From assembly GCA_049296775.1 (NCBI GenBank), contig JBAQTB010000003.1:336068-383515 (forward strand): a DNA stretch of 47,448 bases. Direction: 5' to 3'. This DNA comes from Patescibacteria group bacterium. GTDB lineage: Bacteria > Patescibacteriota > Patescibacteriia > UBA9934. The notes under the pieces are model-generated. The model was not told the DNA's origin. It saw nothing but the letters and a program-made list of their open reading frames with translations, and searched no databases. The position numbers were made by a program, and so were the translations under genes. Below are positions 46,501-47,448 of the stretch, one piece after another (the first letter of the stretch is position 1; each line of letters begins with the position of its first letter).

Positions 46501-47448
46501 TCCCAATCGTTATAGTGTCGCAAGCAGCTGAGTTACAGACAGAGACTGAAGTCGCGTTAGTGTTGCCGAGAGCAAGGGCCCCAGCTGCGTTAGTATCGAG
46601 CCCAACGCCAGCCGCAACCGTAATCGCACCCGTGGAAGCTACATCAAAGTTAGTAAAGTCGATGGTCGAAGTTGTACCGATCAGTGAATAAGTAGTACCG
46701 GTGATATTGTTATCACCGATCGACAAGGAGTTGGTGTAATCGGTGTCAGTGATAACGATGGCGGTTGTCTGAGCTCCGGTAGCCGCTAGAGTGATTACAC
46801 CTCCAGAAGAAATGTCCCAGTCAGTGCTATCGATTGCAACAGTGGCCGAGTTGTTGCCAAGCGCCGTGACTCCAGTGCTCGATAGTGTCGTGAAGGCACC
46901 GGTTGATGGTGATGAGGCACCAATAGCCGTGCCATCGATGGCACCACCATTGATGTCCACAGTGGTGGCGGTCAGTGTGCCGGAATCGGTGAGCTCGGAC
47001 AGAGCAATGCCGCCGTCTAGGACATTGATTTCTGAGGATGAGATCAATGTACCGGCGTTATCGATAATGTTAGTAAAGGTGCCACCAGCGTCAACGATCT
47101 TAATGGCTGCACCCACAGCATCATCAGCGTCAGAGTTATCTAGCACGAGAGTAGCATCAAGCCCTTCGGTTGAGGCTAGATTATCGACATAAAGACCGAA
47201 CTGACTCGTAGTTGCCGCTCCAGTGTCTGAGGCTGTAAACGTGAAGATAACACCATTCTCGGCAGTATCGTTAGTCAAAGAACGAGCAATAGTAAAGGTT
47301 TCTCCAGCTAGCCCAGTTACTAGGAAGGCAGCATCAAGAGCAGCTGAATCAATGATCTTATCAAAGTCGAGAGTGTCATTAGTCAGGTCAGCGTTATCGA
47401 TGTTAGAGATAGAGTTACCAGAACCATTGGCATCAAAGCTAGCTCCAG
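40517..47448 (-). CDS. giant mosaic repeat surface protein, partial (N-terminus beyond the right edge)
   Basis: I checked codon by codon that the frame stays open from 47278 to the window end, so there are >=2309 codons in the window; the track's M at 47278 is an internal TTG. The N-terminal 950 aa are Thr/Ala/Gly/Asp-rich repeat families. These are followed by a Cys-containing module, a Gly-rich domain, a tail-fibre-like module, a coiled-coil-like region and a Pro/Glu/Val-rich acidic tail. Confidence 0.85.
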   Translation of the reverse strand, partial: GASFDANGSGNSISNIDNADLTNDTLDFDKIIDSAALDAAFLVTGLAGETFTIARSLTNDTAENGVIFTFTASDTGAATTSQFGLYVDNLASTEGLDATLVLDNSDADDAVGAAIKIVDAGGTFTNIIDNAGTLISSSEINVLDGGIALSELTDSGTLTATTVDINGGAIDGTAIGASSPSTGAFTTLSSTGVTALGNNSATVAIDSTDWDISSGGVITLAATGAQTTAIVITDTDYTNSLSIGDNNITGTTYSLIGTTSTIDFTNFDVASTGAITVAAGVGLDTNAAGALALGNTNATSVSVCNSAACDTITIGTNADADAITIGDAANDTVIINGASLSLVIGATTVADAEITVLDGGIALSELTDSGTLTATTVDINGGAIDGTAIGANSPSTGAFTTLSSTGVTALGNNSATVAINSSDWDISATGAMTGIGAITADGLITGSAGLTVSGGNITTGAAQILGATPFVFEGATDDDNWTTFVITDPTDEQTITFQDGTGTVAFLTDTLSSTLTDNITDALDIQEGTNNYININTTNASENIAFGNATTNPSFSFLGSGTLTTAGDIAITGGDLTSSAATFNLLATASTTINAFDAATALNINDAAVTSTIDIGGVTNSGTNTVNIATNATAADVITIGNTHASSTVAITGGDDWSIAATGVMTLSASATATTAIDITDTDYTNSLSIGDNNITGTTYSLVGTTSTIDFTNFDVASTGHITVAAGIGLDTNAAGVLLIAGTSATTLSLCNSAACDTITIGTQGDTDVINIGSSTDSITIIDADWSITSAGLITTASDIALNGGDLTSSSATFNLLATASTTINAFDAATTLNINDAAVTSTIDIGGVTSSGTNTVNIATNSTAADVISIGNLNAATTVAVSGGDDWSVTAEGEGDFVYLSTVTLDVSGDVSVNGGDLTTSAATFNLINTNATTVNAFGAATTVNFNDAAVTSTIDIGGVTASGTNTINIATNATAADVITIGNAHASTTVAITGGAGWAITSAGALTGIDLDANGTGNSITNIESADILNGTLDADDLDYATEDGAPADGECLQFETSGGGDFKWDSCGSGGATAFNDIGDPTGVTSVTFDEAETVTFVYTAQNSQNGFTFDFDQIDDGNGTDDFDALRLDLTSESGDSGDTFDGIVINWEDGAADTSMDAGIRINNAETTTNTLTSGLLITSPNVDNGIRYGVNVSDSNIGTGLYLGDNFFQMNTVRIFESASGTLTIEDTSGNDLLTVTDTGTVGTLAPTGQVVASNLGVEFTESDTNPTCAAGNYNIYADTSETKIKVCENGTVHDIAPITENVYTADGTYTKPADAVLVFVKIFGAGGGGGGGGRGNNAVGAGGGGGGGGAYVEKYFDASDLASTVEVDVGAGGASGAGSTSNNNAGSPGNPGASSCFSTGAACTGTIYQQAFGGGGGRAGQVAATVSSGGGGGGESSVGTNGSTTNVAGGGPLPATVNASGAGGGGGTINAAGGGNAQFGGAGGGGTSTTTSGGGGGSLRGGAGGGAGANGPSRGGGNGGLAGTYTSNTGAAGGTSGGTAGTAGTAGTGIIGGGGGGGGGVATGVGAIGGDGGALGGGAGGGAGGGASGENGGNGGTGGRGEVRVWTIKGTGADIAEIYSTNDDEIVPGDVVSLDPTLIAGVKKSTGPYDPTAIGVISTAPSIVMGSIEDYGKRAAVVALAGRVPVKVSIENGPIQPGDLLTSSSVPGVAMRATKAGQVVGQAITGYAGAYEELPVVTAFIKTSYANGSSIKTLLSGLVAPPDSGAEALTDTETVGETLELPDVGTQALQYFMHQKDALSNQLELSEISADRIAAGLEIITPRVIANAVQTDILMPVTGTELQVVLNADGEFVIKGPAAIPAIQADGEPENIMEDDAVIRFDATGNAYFRGTVTADSFNANTITGLDIFADRIAVLSDAVDGLSSDTTEVTAADLVNVRDMVAAVESYALSLSGQVTGQSTTLLATLNQHIDSQLIINDSMLAGLQALDLRLAAVEASVVITDGSLTDLLGRITAVEDQPGLNMAFLDLAGDLSVQGLASFAGGIKVDTIGSFGNAVTFLSDLVVIGRPYFNADMGGFALIHAGAKQVRVNFTEAYLTQPVVQASVNFEAADQTLIADMAAAEQAYLASDLRYVITDKSTTGFTVTLSQAAPFDLRFSWIALAIKDAGLAESSVGAPVVQPPVISEPPTNGAVIDPFDATTPDNLNPDFAPLEDNVPSEQLTVPEPEIAGETDEVGDTGGEPVVEQTDAEENVANPETVPVEPEVIEPVLPTPVLEAPENTPSEPVSSDPVPAEVSTSPVST
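42611..43516 (-). repeat. Gly-rich low-complexity coding region (GGN runs)
   Basis: Runs from YTADGTYTKPADAVLVFVKIFGAGGGGGGGGRGNNAVGAGGGGGGGGAY... to ...GGAGGGAGGGASGENGGNGGTGGRGEVRVW. The plus strand shows long (ccn)n tracts, which produce the Pro-rich antisense ORFs in the track. Confidence 0.9.
44441..45730 (-). repeat. intragenic repeat family 3 (3 copies, ~87 aa)
   Basis: GGDLT(S/T)SAATFNL(L/I).T.A(S/T)T(I/V)NAF.AAT.(L/V)N.NDAAVTSTIDIGGVT.SGTNT(V/I)NIATN.TAADVI(T/S)IGN...A.(S/T)TVA(I/V).GG..W occurs at 45470-45730, 44777-45037 and 44441-44701. Confidence 0.9.
45158..46765 (-). repeat. intragenic repeat family 2 (2 copies, ~89 aa)
   Basis: TAI(V/D)ITDTDYTNSLSIGDNNITGTTYSL(I/V)GTTSTIDFTNFDVASTG.ITVAAG.GLDTNAAG...CNSAACDTITIGT occurs at 46499-46765 and 45158-45424. 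Confidence 0.9.
46166..47032 (-). repeat. intragenic repeat family 1 (2 copies, ~75 aa, 642-nt period)
   Basis: The sequence E-I-(N/T)-VLDGGIALSELTDSGTLTATTVDINGGAIDGTAIGA(S/N)SPSTGAFTTLSSTGVTALGNNSATVAI(D/N)S(T/S)DWDIS occurs at 46808-47032 and 46166-46390. The protein copies are near-identical, while the DNA differs mostly at third codon positions. Confidence 0.9.

Noticed and set aside
44441-47032. Possibility that the intragenic repeats are a diversity-generating retroelement TR/VR pair
   Set aside because: Mismatches between the copies I aligned by eye (family 1) are spread over all four bases and mostly at synonymous third positions, not restricted to template adenines. No reverse transcriptase or accessory gene is in the window.

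Overview
47.4 kb window, almost all coding on the minus strand and tightly packed, with many 1-20 nt gaps or overlaps. All calls rest on reading the translations and the DNA by eye; no homology search was possible.

The left ~27 kb is housekeeping:
- a dihydroorotase fragment and a pyrD-like gene;
- a complete F1Fo ATP synthase operon (atpZ/I-like, B, E, F, H, A, G, D, C);
- a tRNA-Tyr / 264-nt spacer / tRNA-Thr transcription unit, and rpmG;
- a TPR protein, tpiA, an M16 peptidase, glyQS, frr, a BNR-repeat protein and holB;
- an envelope-glycan block: TrmB-like regulator, GT4, mreB, DUF4012-like protein, two GT2 genes and a QxxRW processive synthase;
- a short tsaB-like gene, a wHTH regulator, and a divergent single-pass membrane protein on the plus strand.

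After rplJ-rplL, the right ~17 kb (30.5-47.4 kb) is one co-directional accessory cluster. It holds a giant mosaic repeat protein (>2309 codons, N-terminus off-window), then four genes resembling an Arn-type lipid-linked sugar pathway (GT-C/TPR, GT2, sugar C-methyltransferase, UXS-like decarboxylase). These are followed by a small anchored protein, a dockerin-bearing FN3/Ig protein and three membrane-anchored cohesin-like paralogs.

Two small GC-rich islets interrupt the housekeeping part:
- 8.1-9.0 kb: an orphan lipoprotein gene abutting the 3' end of tRNA-Thr;
- 16.8-17.55 kb: an orphan promoter, a ~300-nt highly structured leader, two overlapping small ORFs and a terminator.

The gene content suggests a Patescibacteria/CPR-like genome (cohesin-like SLWVxEPxxSN proteins, DUF4012-like protein, short TsaB, giant surface protein); this is an inference. 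No rRNA, CRISPR array, transposase, integrase or reverse transcriptase was recognised. The ORF track translates GTG/TTG starts as M and takes the longest ORF, so several starts are re-placed below.
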